A stretch of DNA of 64,000 bases from a bacterium (lineage in GTDB: Bacteria > SAR324 > XYD2-FULL-50-16): NCBI GenBank assembly GCA_032250835.1, contig JAVVEA010000001.1, positions 384,001-448,000 on the forward strand, written 5' to 3'. The position numbers and the translations under genes are program-made. Of the stretch, positions 53,012 through 63,103 are shown one piece after another. The notes under the pieces were generated by a model. The model had not been told where the DNA came from. It saw nothing but the letters and a program-made list of their open reading frames with translations, and did not search any database. Positions within the stretch are counted from its first letter, which is position 1; every line of letters starts with the position of its first letter.

Positions 53012-53718
53012 CAGACCTCCGCTGGCTGCGGAACCTGGGTCCGGTCTTCGGCGACGCTGCCGTCTTTTAAGGTGATCACCCGCCGCAGGTAGTTGATCAC
53101 CTTCTGGTCGTGGGTCGAGAAGAGGAAGGTGGTGCCGGTCTCTTGGTTGATCTGCAACATCGCATCTAAAATATTGTAGCTATTTTCGCTATCCAAGTTA
53201 GCGGTGGGCTCATCGGCCAAGACCAACTTCGGCTTCTTGACCATCGCCCGGGCGATAGCCACCCGCTGGCATTGCCCACCCGAAAGCTGACCTGGGCGGC
53301 TGTTGACCTTGTCACTCAAGCCTACCCACTCCAAGGCCTCCATCACCGCGGCGCGTTTTTGCGTAGCGCCCCAACCGGCTAAGATCAACGGCAGTTCTAC
53401 GTTTTCGTAAACGCTGTAAACATTCAGCAAGTTAAAGGTCTGGAAGATAAACCCAAAGTGGTCGAGCCGCAATTTGGCCGCCTCACTGGCCCCCAAACCG
53501 GAGATTCGCCGCGAGCCCAGCATCACCTCCCCGCTAGTGGGTTGGTCCAAGGCCCCGATGATGTTAAGCAAGGTGGTCTTTCCCGACCCCGAAGGCCCTA
53601 CCAACCCAGCGAATTCCCCGGCCCCCAAATCCAAATCCACGCCCTTGAGGGCATAAAAGGCCTCTCCGCCCATTGGGTAAATTTTGTTTAATCCACGAAT
53701 GCCCATCAATTCGTTCAT
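53011..53718 (-). CDS. ABC transporter ATP-binding protein (LolD/MacB-like)
   Basis: [30 protein letters not shown]. Confidence 0.96.
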   Translation of the reverse strand: MNELMGIRGLNKIYPMGGEAFYALKGVDLDLGAGEFAGLVGPSGSGKTTLLNIIGALDQPTSGEVMLGSRRISGLGASEAAKLRLDHFGFIFQTFNLLNVYSVYENVELPLILAGWGATQKRAAVMEALEWVGLSDKVNSRPGQLSGGQCQRVAIARAMVKKPKLVLADEPTANLDSENSYNILDAMLQINQETGTTFLFSTHDQKVINYLRRVITLKDGSVAEDRTQVPQPAEV

Positions 53719-53726
53719 CTGATCCC

Positions 53727-54800
53727 TTAATGGTTGTACTGGACCACCAACCCCGCCCCCCAGCGGGCGTCATCCTGGTTAGTATTGAGCTTAAATACCG
53801 AAAGATTCCAAAGCAGATTATCGTAGCTACGCTGCCAGTCGAACCGAGCCTGCTGGGCTTGGGGTTCTTCGGTGGTGAACCAACTGATCCGGTAATTATC
53901 CAATAGGCCAAACCCCAGACTGGCCATCAAGGCGTTCGATTGCGCACTCCGGTTCCAGGCGGCCCCGCCGCTCCGGGTGTCTTTGCGGTAGTGTTCGGCG
54001 GTTAGCAACAGCCCTTCGAGCCAGTTGATCGAAGTATCCATGCCCAGCGTGCCCCAACGCTCGTCCTGCGCCGACGGACCCTCCCGCGCGCGGGTCAAGC
54101 CGACCCCTTCTACCCAAGCCCCCAGGTAGGTAAAGTCCGCCTTGGCGTCGAGGGCTAGCCGGCTTTCTGGAACTGACTCTTGGCCGGGTAGGGACAGGGT
54201 TCTTCGGTGCAGCGTCAATCCCGCCTCGAGGGCTTCAAAAGAAAGCTGGGCACGTCCGCCCCATTCTACCCGATGTTTCTCAGAGGCGTAAGGAGTCAAG
54301 GCATATAGATCCTGATTACCACCCAGCGACCAGAGCCAAAAGGTCGAGTTTTCTTTCGTGGAGACCCGCAACAAAGCTCCTTTGACCCCTTTGGTGAAGC
54401 CCGTAGGGTCCAGGGGGTCTTTCTGGTCAAACCATTGTAAACTACGCAGCAACACCGCCGGTCCGAAGCTCAACTCTTGCAAGCCCAACCGGAGTTCGGT
54501 GTTCGGGTCAAAAACACGGCCCCAGGCCCGCAACAGCTCCGCTTCGGTTTCTAAAGCCTGAGCGTTGGTTTGCTGGTGGTATAGGTAACCGGCCAACTGG
54601 GCATCCCAAGCCCAAGCCCTTTCTCCGGCTCCCTCTAGCTCCCATTGCGGGAGGTAGCGCAGCTGCCAATCCGATGTTTTTTGATCGACCATGCCTTGGC
54701 TCACAAAAGCGGCTTCGCCCCGGTAAGCCCAATTTTGGGCCTCAACCAAGCCCGGCATCCCCACCAAACAGAGCCAAAGCCCAAGCCATTTATAGCCCAC
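53727..54800 (-). CDS. Predicted outer-membrane beta-barrel protein
   Basis: Signal peptide, LRLGLQELSFGPA, FDQKDPLDP, C-terminal LVVQYNH. Confidence 0.7.
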   Translation of the reverse strand: MGYKWLGLWLCLVGMPGLVEAQNWAYRGEAAFVSQGMVDQKTSDWQLRYLPQWELEGAGERAWAWDAQLAGYLYHQQTNAQALETEAELLRAWGRVFDPNTELRLGLQELSFGPAVLLRSLQWFDQKDPLDPTGFTKGVKGALLRVSTKENSTFWLWSLGGNQDLYALTPYASEKHRVEWGGRAQLSFEALEAGLTLHRRTLSLPGQESVPESRLALDAKADFTYLGAWVEGVGLTRAREGPSAQDERWGTLGMDTSINWLEGLLLTAEHYRKDTRSGGAAWNRSAQSNALMASLGFGLLDNYRISWFTTEEPQAQQARFDWQRSYDNLLWNLSVFKLNTNQDDARWGAGLVVQYNH

Positions 54801-55275
54801 CTTGTCTCCTCCGGCGTTGCCGCTCGATCACCCGTTCGACCAGCGCTGGCCATTCTTCTTCTAAAGCGGCGTAGAGCTCTTGCATTTCCTCTAACATCCG
54901 GCGGCTGCGACCGGCATCTTCAGGTAACATCTGCAAGCCCCGCTGGGCTAGATCCCGCATGATCGAAAATTTCATGTTAGAGCCCTGCAATGAGGCGGCC
55001 CAGGGGTGCGCCGCAGCGCGGTAATAGTCGGCCCTTTTGCCGGGATAAGCACGGCGCTCCACAAAGGACAACAGCTCTAACATCTTTAAGGCCGTACTCA
55101 CCGAGCTTTTGGCGGCCTTTAGGTTTTTCACCATATCGCCCATGGTCTGTTCGGCGGGCTCACAAACCAACAGGTAGCCCATCACCCGGCCGGGCATCCG
55201 GGGAACGCCGAATTGCTCGAACACCAAACCAAATTCTTGAATAAACTGTTCAGGCCCGCTGAGCTTTCGATCCAT
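54790..55275 (-). CDS. GbsR/MarR-like winged-helix regulator
   Basis: FEQFGVPRMPGRVMGYLL, AAKSSVSTALKML, PGKRADYY. Confidence 0.88.
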   Translation of the reverse strand: MDRKLSGPEQFIQEFGLVFEQFGVPRMPGRVMGYLLVCEPAEQTMGDMVKNLKAAKSSVSTALKMLELLSFVERRAYPGKRADYYRAAAHPWAASLQGSNMKFSIMRDLAQRGLQMLPEDAGRSRRMLEEMQELYAALEEEWPALVERVIERQRRRRQGGL

Positions 55276-55318
55276 GAATTCCTTCTGATCCTAGTTTATT
55301 TCATAGTATAAAGTTCTC

Positions 55319-55342
55319 AGTGTTCGGTCAATACCGAACACT
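55319..55342. promoter_or_regulatory. Perfect inverted repeat, candidate operator of the GbsR/MarR-like regulator
   Basis: AGTGTTCGGT-CAAT-ACCGAACACT, 44 nt upstream of the regulator start. Confidence 0.65.
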
Positions 55343-55475
55343 AAAAACCAATATCCTAAAAGTAGCAGGAGGGGGATTTTATATATCATTCTCTTTCCAT
55401 TTCTAGTTTGGACGTATATAGTGAATAGTCTGTTCGTCCTTAAGGGACGTCACCTTAACTAGAATAGAGGAGTCA

Positions 55476-57377
55476 ATGAGCGTTAAAACACGCCTGATCG
55501 TTTTGGGTGCTTTAGGTTTTGTAGCCATCTTGGTCAGTTTTGCTGCCGGATTACTGGTTGGCGGGCCCGTTGCCTTTGTCGCGATTGCCGTCTGCTTGAT
55601 CGGTTATGCGGGATTCTTAACTTTTGTCTTCACCTCCGTCAGTGGTGCCTTCAAGCAATTCATCAGCTGTATGGACGAGGTTTTAGAACGAGGCGACCTA
55701 TCGGCGGCTCAAGATTTCTGCGGTAAAAACGAGTTTGGGCATATTGGAGACCGGCTCAAAAGCTTTGCCGATCAAGTCCATTGCAAGATCGAAATAGCTG
55801 AGCGAGTCGCTCACGGCAACCTTTCTGCAGATTGTCCGGTGGTCTCTGATCACGACCGCTTGGGACTCGCCATGTCTCGGATGATCCGCAGCCTCCAGCA
55901 AAAAGCCAAAACCTTAGACCTCCTCTCCAAAGGTAACACCACCGTGGTCTTCAAACGCGACTCTGCCGAAGACGATCTGGGCACGGCGATGGAGCACCTA
56001 TACAAGAATCTACTGGCCAAGACTGAGGTCACCTCTAAGATCGCCACCGGCGACCTCTCGCTAGATATTTCTTTGGCTTCACCAGAGGACTTTTTGGGTA
56101 AATCGGTGCAGAAGATGACCACCGATCTGAACAACATGATCCGCGACGTCACCATTGCCGCGCACCAGCTAAGCAACAACACCGACGACATCAACCGCCG
56201 GGCCTTAAACGTGGCCGAAGCGGCGGACAACATGAACGACACCATTGCCGGGGTGGCCAAAAGCACCGAGGAAATCAACTCGGCCATCAACAGCATTTCT
56301 GCCGCCGCCAACCAGATCACCAGCACCATGGAAGGCGTCGAAACCTCCGTAGTGGGCATGACCGACTCGATCAAGGACGTTGCCTCAAAATCCAAAAATA
56401 CCACTTCGGTGCTTGCTTCGGCGCGCAAGATGGCCGCCGACGCCGACAAAGGAATGCAGGCCTTAAACGATTCAGCCATGGAGATTAGCTCGGTTTCGGG
56501 CATGATCCAAAAAGTGGCCGCTCAAACCAACATGTTAGCGCTTAACGCCAACATCGAAGCGGTCAGCGCCGGTAAGTTAGGCAAGGGATTTGAAGTGGTT
56601 GCCCATGAAGTCAAAAGCCTAGCCGTTCAAACGGCCACCAGCGCAGAGAACATCTCAAATAAGATTAGCTCTGTACAAGAGCAGGTTCGTTCGGTCACCA
56701 CGGTGATCAACGAGATCGTTGAGATCGTCACGACGATCGCTAGCTCCTCCGAAGCAATCAGCGACGCGGCGGAATCCCAGAGCATCACCTCAATGGAGAT
56801 CACCAGCAGCGTCAAAGAAACCAGCAAGGCTATCGCCGAAATTGCCCACCTGCTGGCCAACTTGACCGGTGGCGCAGAGAAGCTATCGGGCAGTTCGTCT
56901 CAGATGGCTCAAGGCAGCGCAGAGGTGCTCGACAGCATGCAAAACATCACCGAAAGTGTGCGCCAAGCCGAAGAGGTTAGCAAGAACCTGAGCGAACTGA
57001 TCAGCCGCTTCAAACTCGCCGATTCAACGATCTTCGAAAAGGCCATCGGCGACCATATGGTTTGGAAGGAGCGCTTAGAACGCTTGATTTCAGGCAACGA
57101 TCCTTTAGAAGACGCCCAATTTGTTTCACACCGCCACTGCCGCTTCGGCAAATGGCTTTATGATGGGGCTTTAGAAGAATTCGCCCAATACCCGCAGATG
57201 GCTGAGATTGAACCGACCCACGAGGAGATCCACAACACCATCCGCAACGTGATCGAGAGTCTACAAGCCGGTGACGAAGCCAAGGCGCGCAAAGAACTGA
57301 ACAGGTTTTATCCGCTCTCTGAAGAGTTGGTGAAGTTGCTGCGCGAAATCCAATCAGCCAGCCAAAAAGCGGCCTAA
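55476..57377 (+). CDS. Methyl-accepting chemotaxis protein with multiple HAMPs and C-terminal CZB domain
   Basis: Two adjacent TMs, repeated HAMP-like units (DxLG), signalling domain, DHMVWK...HCRFGKWLY...HEEIH. Confidence 0.9.
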   Translation: MSVKTRLIVLGALGFVAILVSFAAGLLVGGPVAFVAIAVCLIGYAGFLTFVFTSVSGAFKQFISCMDEVLERGDLSAAQDFCGKNEFGHIGDRLKSFADQVHCKIEIAERVAHGNLSADCPVVSDHDRLGLAMSRMIRSLQQKAKTLDLLSKGNTTVVFKRDSAEDDLGTAMEHLYKNLLAKTEVTSKIATGDLSLDISLASPEDFLGKSVQKMTTDLNNMIRDVTIAAHQLSNNTDDINRRALNVAEAADNMNDTIAGVAKSTEEINSAINSISAAANQITSTMEGVETSVVGMTDSIKDVASKSKNTTSVLASARKMAADADKGMQALNDSAMEISSVSGMIQKVAAQTNMLALNANIEAVSAGKLGKGFEVVAHEVKSLAVQTATSAENISNKISSVQEQVRSVTTVINEIVEIVTTIASSSEAISDAAESQSITSMEITSSVKETSKAIAEIAHLLANLTGGAEKLSGSSSQMAQGSAEVLDSMQNITESVRQAEEVSKNLSELISRFKLADSTIFEKAIGDHMVWKERLERLISGNDPLEDAQFVSHRHCRFGKWLYDGALEEFAQYPQMAEIEPTHEEIHNTIRNVIESLQAGDEAKARKELNRFYPLSEELVKLLREIQSASQKAA

Positions 57378-57382
57378 AGGCT

Positions 57383-57412
57383 AGACAGACCGGAGCACCC
57401 GGTCTGTCTTAG
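57383..57412 (+). terminator. Hairpin / putative terminator
   Basis: AGACAGACCGG-AGCAC-CCGGTCTGTCT right after the stop; weak U tract. Confidence 0.55.
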
Positions 57413-57518
57413 CTAAACTAGGTCCAAAGACAATCGCAGCCAAAGGGACTCACGAATTGATAGGCACTCAGCCCAAACTGCGCTATTCTGAGGCGTAACC
57501 TTAAGCAAGAAAATCCTT

Positions 57519-59732
57519 ATGGTCCATCGTCTGATTGCCAACCGTCCCCGTCGTATCTTATTACTAGACCCCCTTTGGCCCGCCGCGCATAAGCTGCTCG
57601 ACCATGTGGCCGATTACCACCGCCTCGAACCGGCTAACCTGGACCACCCGGAACTCTGGGAGCCCCTTCCCGACGTAGTGGTCCTCGCGGTAGACCATCC
57701 CGACTTTGATGCCTGGAGTTGGTTAGAGCAGTTCAGCCAACAAACCCAGTCCTTTGATATTCCGTTGGTGCTTACCGACGGGAGCTATAGCGCCGAACAT
57801 GCCTTAAAAAGCTGCCATGTCGGCGCCGAGGACTATTGGGTCCGCAATGAGGACCCTGAATTTACCAACTGCCACTTCAAGCTATTCTTCCAGCGCCATG
57901 GACGTAAGCTAACGGATTTGCAGGGTTTTTTAGGGGGGCTCTTCCGCAACCTGCCCAATACCGGGGTGCTCTGGTTCGATGAGAATCTTGACGTCTTGCT
58001 GGCAGGTGGTGAATTGCTCTACAAGTTGGGCCTAAGCGGCACGGAGATGTTGGGCAAGCCCATGAACCGGGTAGAAATGGAAGGCCTGCAAGAGGGCTTT
58101 ATCAAGTATTGCCGCTTAGCGCTCGACGGCCAAGGAAGCGCCATGGAGAGCCGGGCCGAAGACCTGGAGCTGTTTCTGCACTTCCTGCCCCAGAGCCTTT
58201 CAACCGGCGCGCTTAGCGGTCTGGTGGTACTGCAAGACGTAACCCCCCAACGGGCCGAGGGGGAACACCGCATTTTAGAAGGCATCGGCGACAGTTTGGA
58301 TCTCCTGATCGCCTATGTAGACCACCGCGGAAAATACCTCTACGCCAACCGCGCCTATTGTGACTGGATCCAGCGTCCCATGTCGGACATCCTCCATAAA
58401 GAGGTGGCCGTGGTACTTGAGCCGGGATATTACGAGCGCCTCAAGCCCCACATCAACGCCGCACTCAACGGCGAGCGCGAGCAATTTGAACTTAAGTACC
58501 ACTTCAGCGGCATCGGCGAGCGCGATATGCTCTTGTCTTATACCCCCCACGTAACCCACGGACGCGTGCAGGGCTTTTTGGTGATTGCCCAGGACGTGAC
58601 GGCTTTACGCGAGTCGCACCGTAAGTTGAAGTTTTTTTATGAGTTGTTAGGCCAAAGCAACGATATCTTCGCGGTGCTGACCTTTGAAGACGGGCGTTTC
58701 ATCGACTTCAACCAAGAGGCCTGCAAACGATTTGGATATAGCAGTGATGAGTTGTTGAAGCTCAGCATATTGGATGTTGATGCTAAGCTACATGACCTAG
58801 CCCAATGGCAAGGCATTGCCCGCATGACGAGGGACAAAGGCGACCGCCTGATTGATTCGGTAGGGATCACCAAAACCGGCGACCGATTTCCCGTAGAAGT
58901 TTCGAGCCGCTACGTCGCCCATGACGGCAAAGAATTTTTTGTGGTCAATATCCGCGACACCACCGAACGCCTCAAGCGTGAGACCGCCGAGTTGGAACGG
59001 CAGATGGAATTAAGCAGCATTTTCAAAGCCTTTGGGGATTTATATCTGTGGATGAACCGAGAAGGCGAAATCAAGGGTTACCAAGTATCCAGCTTCGCGG
59101 ACCTAAGACTGCCGCCCCACCGTTTGATTGGCTCAAAAATCGAAGATCTTCTGCCCACCGAAGTAGCCGAACGGATTTATCAAAGCATCGCCGCCTTAGG
59201 AGAGGGCCACGAAATCCACGAGATCGAATACTCCCAGGAATTTGAACTGGGCATGCGGTATTATGAAAGCCGCTTGTTACCGGTTTTAGGTAATCAGATC
59301 TTATTGATCGCCCGCAACGTAACCGAACGCAAAACGGCCCAGCAAGCGCTGGGACACTATAAAGAAGAGTTGAGTTCCGCGCAAGGGCTGCCGCGGCTGG
59401 GAATTTGGGAGTTTCATTTACCTGAGGCCCAGTTGCACTTCTCACCAGAGCTTTGCCAATTCCTTGGGTACCAAGGCGAAGAAGCAATGGATCTTTTGGG
59501 CTTTTTAAGCCATGTGCCCGAAAAGGAGCAGGAGGAAGTGAAAGACTACCTACAGAGCATCTCGGAAAAAACCGAGGGCTTCAAATTCCGCCACCATTTA
59601 AAGGATCGGCAAGGGCGAGAGCATGAGATTTTGCACTACAGCCTACCCATCCAGCTTGAAGAAGGTGAACCTACCAAGTGGCTGGGCTTGATCCAAGACT
59701 TAGATACCTTGCCTGGGCCGCAGACCAAATAA
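57519..59732 (+). CDS. Degenerate receiver plus multiple PAS domains, no output domain
   Basis: N-terminal REC-like segment (GAEDYW); PAS units ending QDVT, QDVT, RDTT, RNVT and QDL; no HisKA or GGDEF. Confidence 0.8.
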   Translation: MVHRLIANRPRRILLLDPLWPAAHKLLDHVADYHRLEPANLDHPELWEPLPDVVVLAVDHPDFDAWSWLEQFSQQTQSFDIPLVLTDGSYSAEHALKSCHVGAEDYWVRNEDPEFTNCHFKLFFQRHGRKLTDLQGFLGGLFRNLPNTGVLWFDENLDVLLAGGELLYKLGLSGTEMLGKPMNRVEMEGLQEGFIKYCRLALDGQGSAMESRAEDLELFLHFLPQSLSTGALSGLVVLQDVTPQRAEGEHRILEGIGDSLDLLIAYVDHRGKYLYANRAYCDWIQRPMSDILHKEVAVVLEPGYYERLKPHINAALNGEREQFELKYHFSGIGERDMLLSYTPHVTHGRVQGFLVIAQDVTALRESHRKLKFFYELLGQSNDIFAVLTFEDGRFIDFNQEACKRFGYSSDELLKLSILDVDAKLHDLAQWQGIARMTRDKGDRLIDSVGITKTGDRFPVEVSSRYVAHDGKEFFVVNIRDTTERLKRETAELERQMELSSIFKAFGDLYLWMNREGEIKGYQVSSFADLRLPPHRLIGSKIEDLLPTEVAERIYQSIAALGEGHEIHEIEYSQEFELGMRYYESRLLPVLGNQILLIARNVTERKTAQQALGHYKEELSSAQGLPRLGIWEFHLPEAQLHFSPELCQFLGYQGEEAMDLLGFLSHVPEKEQEEVKDYLQSISEKTEGFKFRHHLKDRQGREHEILHYSLPIQLEEGEPTKWLGLIQDLDTLPGPQTK

Positions 59733-59787
59733 GCCTGCTTCGCGGCAATTTTAGGCCGTCTACTAAGCTGCGGATAGGCTGTGGCTC

Positions 59788-59816
59788 TTGCCTCTTGGCG
59801 GTTTATCCGGTAGCTT
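59788..59816 (+). promoter_or_regulatory. Sigma70-like promoter
   Basis: TTGCCT-N17-TAGCTT. Confidence 0.45.
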
Positions 59817-59825
59817 CAGCTTAAA

Positions 59826-59880
59826 GGCCTGGGACGCGAAAGCTGTTGGAGGAGGTTTAACTTCTCTCACGCCCCAGGCC
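59826..59880. ncRNA. Candidate structured RNA / leader hairpin
   Basis: GGCCTGGGACGCGA...TCACGCCCCAGGCC closing stem with an inner GGAGGT-TTA-ACTTCT hairpin. Confidence 0.35.
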
Positions 59881-59982
59881 CAATCTAAAACTTGGGTCTT
59901 TCATTAAGCGGTAATCTAACAAACTCAAGTGAAGACTTCCAAGTTGTTTTGCGGGTCAATTAGGGTCAAAAGGGCTGCATCG

Positions 59983-62900
59983 GTGAATAGCCACGTTATT
60001 TCAGTTGCTAGCCATAAGATATGGCTTCTGGTGATGGGGGTTTTGTGCTCCTTTGGGGCTAGCTTTGCCCAGGCTTCCCCCTCAAATGACCTATTAGAAT
60101 TATCCGTCGAGGCCCAAATATATAGCGCCCCGAACGAAGCCATGGGCGTCGACGAAGCGCTTATTTTGTTTCGTCAGAACAAAGTATTACCCAACGAAGG
60201 ACTGCATTTCGGGGTCTTTTCGGGAGTGCAGTGGATTTATCTGCGCATCCACAACCGCTCCCCGGCGGCCCAAGAATTTTACCTGCAAGGCAGCTATGCC
60301 TCGGTAGAGTATTTGGACTTATACCGCATTGGCCAAAGTCCGCTGACGCCCGAAGCGCACGGAATATCCATCCCGGCGGCGCAAAGAAAAACCCAGCACC
60401 CCTTCCCGCTGCTTCGATTCGACCTCCCGGCGGATACGGAGCGGGAGTATTTAATCCGCGCTCAAAACCTGGGGCAGATTCCCTTAGGATTTGATCTACT
60501 GAGCCCTAGCGAGCTGGAGATCAAACGCGTCCATTCGCACCTGTACCACGGGATCTTTTATGGGTTGCTGGTGGTGGCCATTCTGGTCAGTTTGATCACC
60601 TGGATTAGCTTCAAAGAAAACTATTTGCTGGTCTTTTTTCTGCTGTTGATCACCGAGTTGTGGTTTATTTCCATCGGTGATGGATACTTTCGTTTGATTG
60701 TTGCACCCCATGCAGGGGCAGCTGAAATCAGGGCTTTTTTGATGAGTTCGCTGGGTGGGATGTTGGTCTTTTCTTTGGCCCTCACCAACAGTTTTTTGGA
60801 TATCCCAAAAACCCAACCGAAACTCGCCCAGTTCACCTACTTCTTGTCGGCGGCCATTGTCTTGACCACCCTTTGGGTGGTGCTGGGGGCAAAAGCCAAC
60901 GGGAGCATGCTGGCCTTAGCTTTGGTCTGTGTCGCTACCATGCTGGTCGCTACAGTGATCGGCATCAAAAACCGGGTGCCGGCGGCCCCATATTTTGCCT
61001 TCGCCTTCTTGAGTATCGAATTGGCCGCTGCGGCGCAGGCGATGAAGTTTTTGCGGATCACCGAGCCCTTGGAGCGGCTTGAAGATGTTGATATTTGGTT
61101 GCACTTTGGTTTTGGGGCCGAGGCCTTATTGTTGGTCTTTGCGCTGAGCGGGCGTTTGCGGAATCTAGTGATCCAGAAACAAAAAGCCCAAGAGGCCCTG
61201 ATCGCCCAGGAACGTGAGCAGGTCACCACCTTGGCCCGGCTAGACCGGCTAAAAGACGAATTTTTAGCCAACACCACCCATGAATTAAACACACCGCTCT
61301 TTGGGATGTTGGGGTTACTCGAAAACCTGCAAACCACCGCCGCCGAACGCCTAACGCCCACCGAACGACGCCAGATCGACCTAGCTACCGCCACAGGGCA
61401 AAGATTAACCCACCTAATCAAAGACATCCTTGATTTTTCGGCATTAAAAAACAACAAACTAACCCTAAGACCCAAGACCTTTAACTTAAGCCTGCTCAGC
61501 GACTTTGTCCTTTCTTTATTGAGGCCTTTGGTCGGGGTTAAGCCTTTGGAACTTGAGTTGATCAAGCCATCCCAGCCTCTATGGGTCGTTGCCGACGAAA
61601 ACCGATTGCAGCAGATCTTATTTAATCTGGTGGGCAATTCTCTAAAATTCACCCATCAAGGAAAAATCACCCTGGAATTGAGCCAGGATGAAGAGTTCGC
61701 CTGGGTAAGGGTCCGCGATACAGGGGTCGGAATCCCCAACAGCAACTGGAACCGGCTATTTGAACCCTATAACCAAGAACACCCCGAGGTCGTCAGCCAG
61801 CTAGGCGGTAGCGGTCTAGGCCTTTCGATCACCCTCAAGTTGATTGAGCTACAAGGCGGGCGTTTGGAGATGCAATCTAAACCGGGTGAGGGCACCTGCT
61901 TTGCCTTTTGCCTCCCCCTAGGCAGCCCCGCGCTGGTCGAGAAGCCTCAACTTGAGGTGCCCTTAGCTGAGCCTTCTCTAGAGCCCGTCCAAAAAACCAA
62001 CAACCAGGGCCCCCAAATATTAGTGGTCGACGACGAGCCGGGCAATCTATCGCTGCTCAACGATCTATTAAATGCCCAGGGATACCGTCCGGTCCTTATG
62101 CCCGGCGGGCCAGAGGCATTGGAATGGATCGAAGAGAACCGGCCCGATTTGGTTTTGTTAGACCTGATGATGCCCTTTGCCAACGGATTTGAAGTCTGCC
62201 GAGAAATCCGGCGGCACTACAACGCCGAGGAATTGCCCGTCCTCTTATTGAGCGGACGCAACGCGCCAGAGTCCCTACAAGACGCCTTTGCCGCCGGGGT
62301 TAACGACTACATCGGCAAACCGATCATGGGCCAAGAGCTGATGGCTCGCATTAGCTTACACCTGCGGATACGCGAGAACCACAGCCTGCAAAGTCGGGTC
62401 AAGTTACTCGGGGCGGTCCAAGAAGACCTCGCCCAAAGCCACAGTGGACTCCGCGAAGCGTTGGAACACACCAGCGAGCCGGTCTTGTTGCTCAATGAAC
62501 ACCTGACTCCTTACTTCATCAACCAACAGGCCCGCCGCCTTTTGGGGCTAAAAGACGAAGAGCGCCCCCTTTTGAGTTCACTCTTTGAAGGGGCCAACGA
62601 GGTCCGACAAGTGGCCGAACAGACCCCCACCGAAGGTCAGGTGGTCGCCCTGCAAAAAACTCGACTCAAAGGCAGTCAAGCACACCTTTCGCTGGCTCGC
62701 CTCGCCAAAGGGCAGTGGATGTTAAATATCCACCAGAACAGTGAAGAACGCCAGGACCGCAAGCTAGAATTCCGCGAATTGCTGGTGAAGGTGATGCAAC
62801 AGTCCCTAGACCTTTGGGAACGCGCTAGCGGGCAGAATAAATTTGACCTCGCCGAACGCAGCGGTATCTGGCGCATCTACCAGGATGAAGGCCGCTTGCG

Positions 62901-63066
62901 CACGCGCATATTAGACAAGTATTGTAGCCTAAAAACGCTGCCTAAATATCCTAGATACATGGACGTGCTGCGCACGGCGCTTTTTGTGCTCTCTGAGTGC
63001 CCTGAGTCCAATGCGCAAACCAACGAATTGCGAGAAAACCTAGAGGCATTGCAGCTTTTGGTTTAA
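59983..63066 (+). CDS. 7TM-DISM hybrid sensor kinase with REC, PAS-like and C-terminal ChiS-family DNA-binding domain
   Basis: Signal peptide, DISMED2 (WIYLRIHN), 7 TM, FLANTTHELNTPL, GGSGLGL, DLMMP; C-terminal LDLWE...KFDLAERSGIWRIY...RTRILDKY...PKYPR. GTG start 59983 inferred. Confidence 0.88.
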   Translation: MNSHVISVASHKIWLLVMGVLCSFGASFAQASPSNDLLELSVEAQIYSAPNEAMGVDEALILFRQNKVLPNEGLHFGVFSGVQWIYLRIHNRSPAAQEFYLQGSYASVEYLDLYRIGQSPLTPEAHGISIPAAQRKTQHPFPLLRFDLPADTEREYLIRAQNLGQIPLGFDLLSPSELEIKRVHSHLYHGIFYGLLVVAILVSLITWISFKENYLLVFFLLLITELWFISIGDGYFRLIVAPHAGAAEIRAFLMSSLGGMLVFSLALTNSFLDIPKTQPKLAQFTYFLSAAIVLTTLWVVLGAKANGSMLALALVCVATMLVATVIGIKNRVPAAPYFAFAFLSIELAAAAQAMKFLRITEPLERLEDVDIWLHFGFGAEALLLVFALSGRLRNLVIQKQKAQEALIAQEREQVTTLARLDRLKDEFLANTTHELNTPLFGMLGLLENLQTTAAERLTPTERRQIDLATATGQRLTHLIKDILDFSALKNNKLTLRPKTFNLSLLSDFVLSLLRPLVGVKPLELELIKPSQPLWVVADENRLQQILFNLVGNSLKFTHQGKITLELSQDEEFAWVRVRDTGVGIPNSNWNRLFEPYNQEHPEVVSQLGGSGLGLSITLKLIELQGGRLEMQSKPGEGTCFAFCLPLGSPALVEKPQLEVPLAEPSLEPVQKTNNQGPQILVVDDEPGNLSLLNDLLNAQGYRPVLMPGGPEALEWIEENRPDLVLLDLMMPFANGFEVCREIRRHYNAEELPVLLLSGRNAPESLQDAFAAGVNDYIGKPIMGQELMARISLHLRIRENHSLQSRVKLLGAVQEDLAQSHSGLREALEHTSEPVLLLNEHLTPYFINQQARRLLGLKDEERPLLSSLFEGANEVRQVAEQTPTEGQVVALQKTRLKGSQAHLSLARLAKGQWMLNIHQNSEERQDRKLEFRELLVKVMQQSLDLWERASGQNKFDLAERSGIWRIYQDEGRLRTRILDKYCSLKTLPKYPRYMDVLRTALFVLSECPESNAQTNELRENLEALQLLV

Positions 63067-63077
63067 TCAACTCTGGG

Positions 63078-63103
63078 GGGCTGAAGCCTTTAGCAGCCCT
63101 TTT
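63078..63103 (+). terminator. Putative intrinsic terminator
   Basis: GGGCTG-AAGCCTTTAG-CAGCCC-TTTT after the kinase stop. Confidence 0.55.

Noticed and set aside
55421-55444. Third copy of the GTGAATA palindrome
   Set aside because: Only the left half-site is present.
59826-59850. c-di-GMP-I riboswitch (GGGACGCGAAAGC resembles GGGACGCAAAGC)
   Set aside because: The upstream GGCAAAC/GAAA P2 elements and the P3 receptor are missing. Kept only as an unassigned structure.
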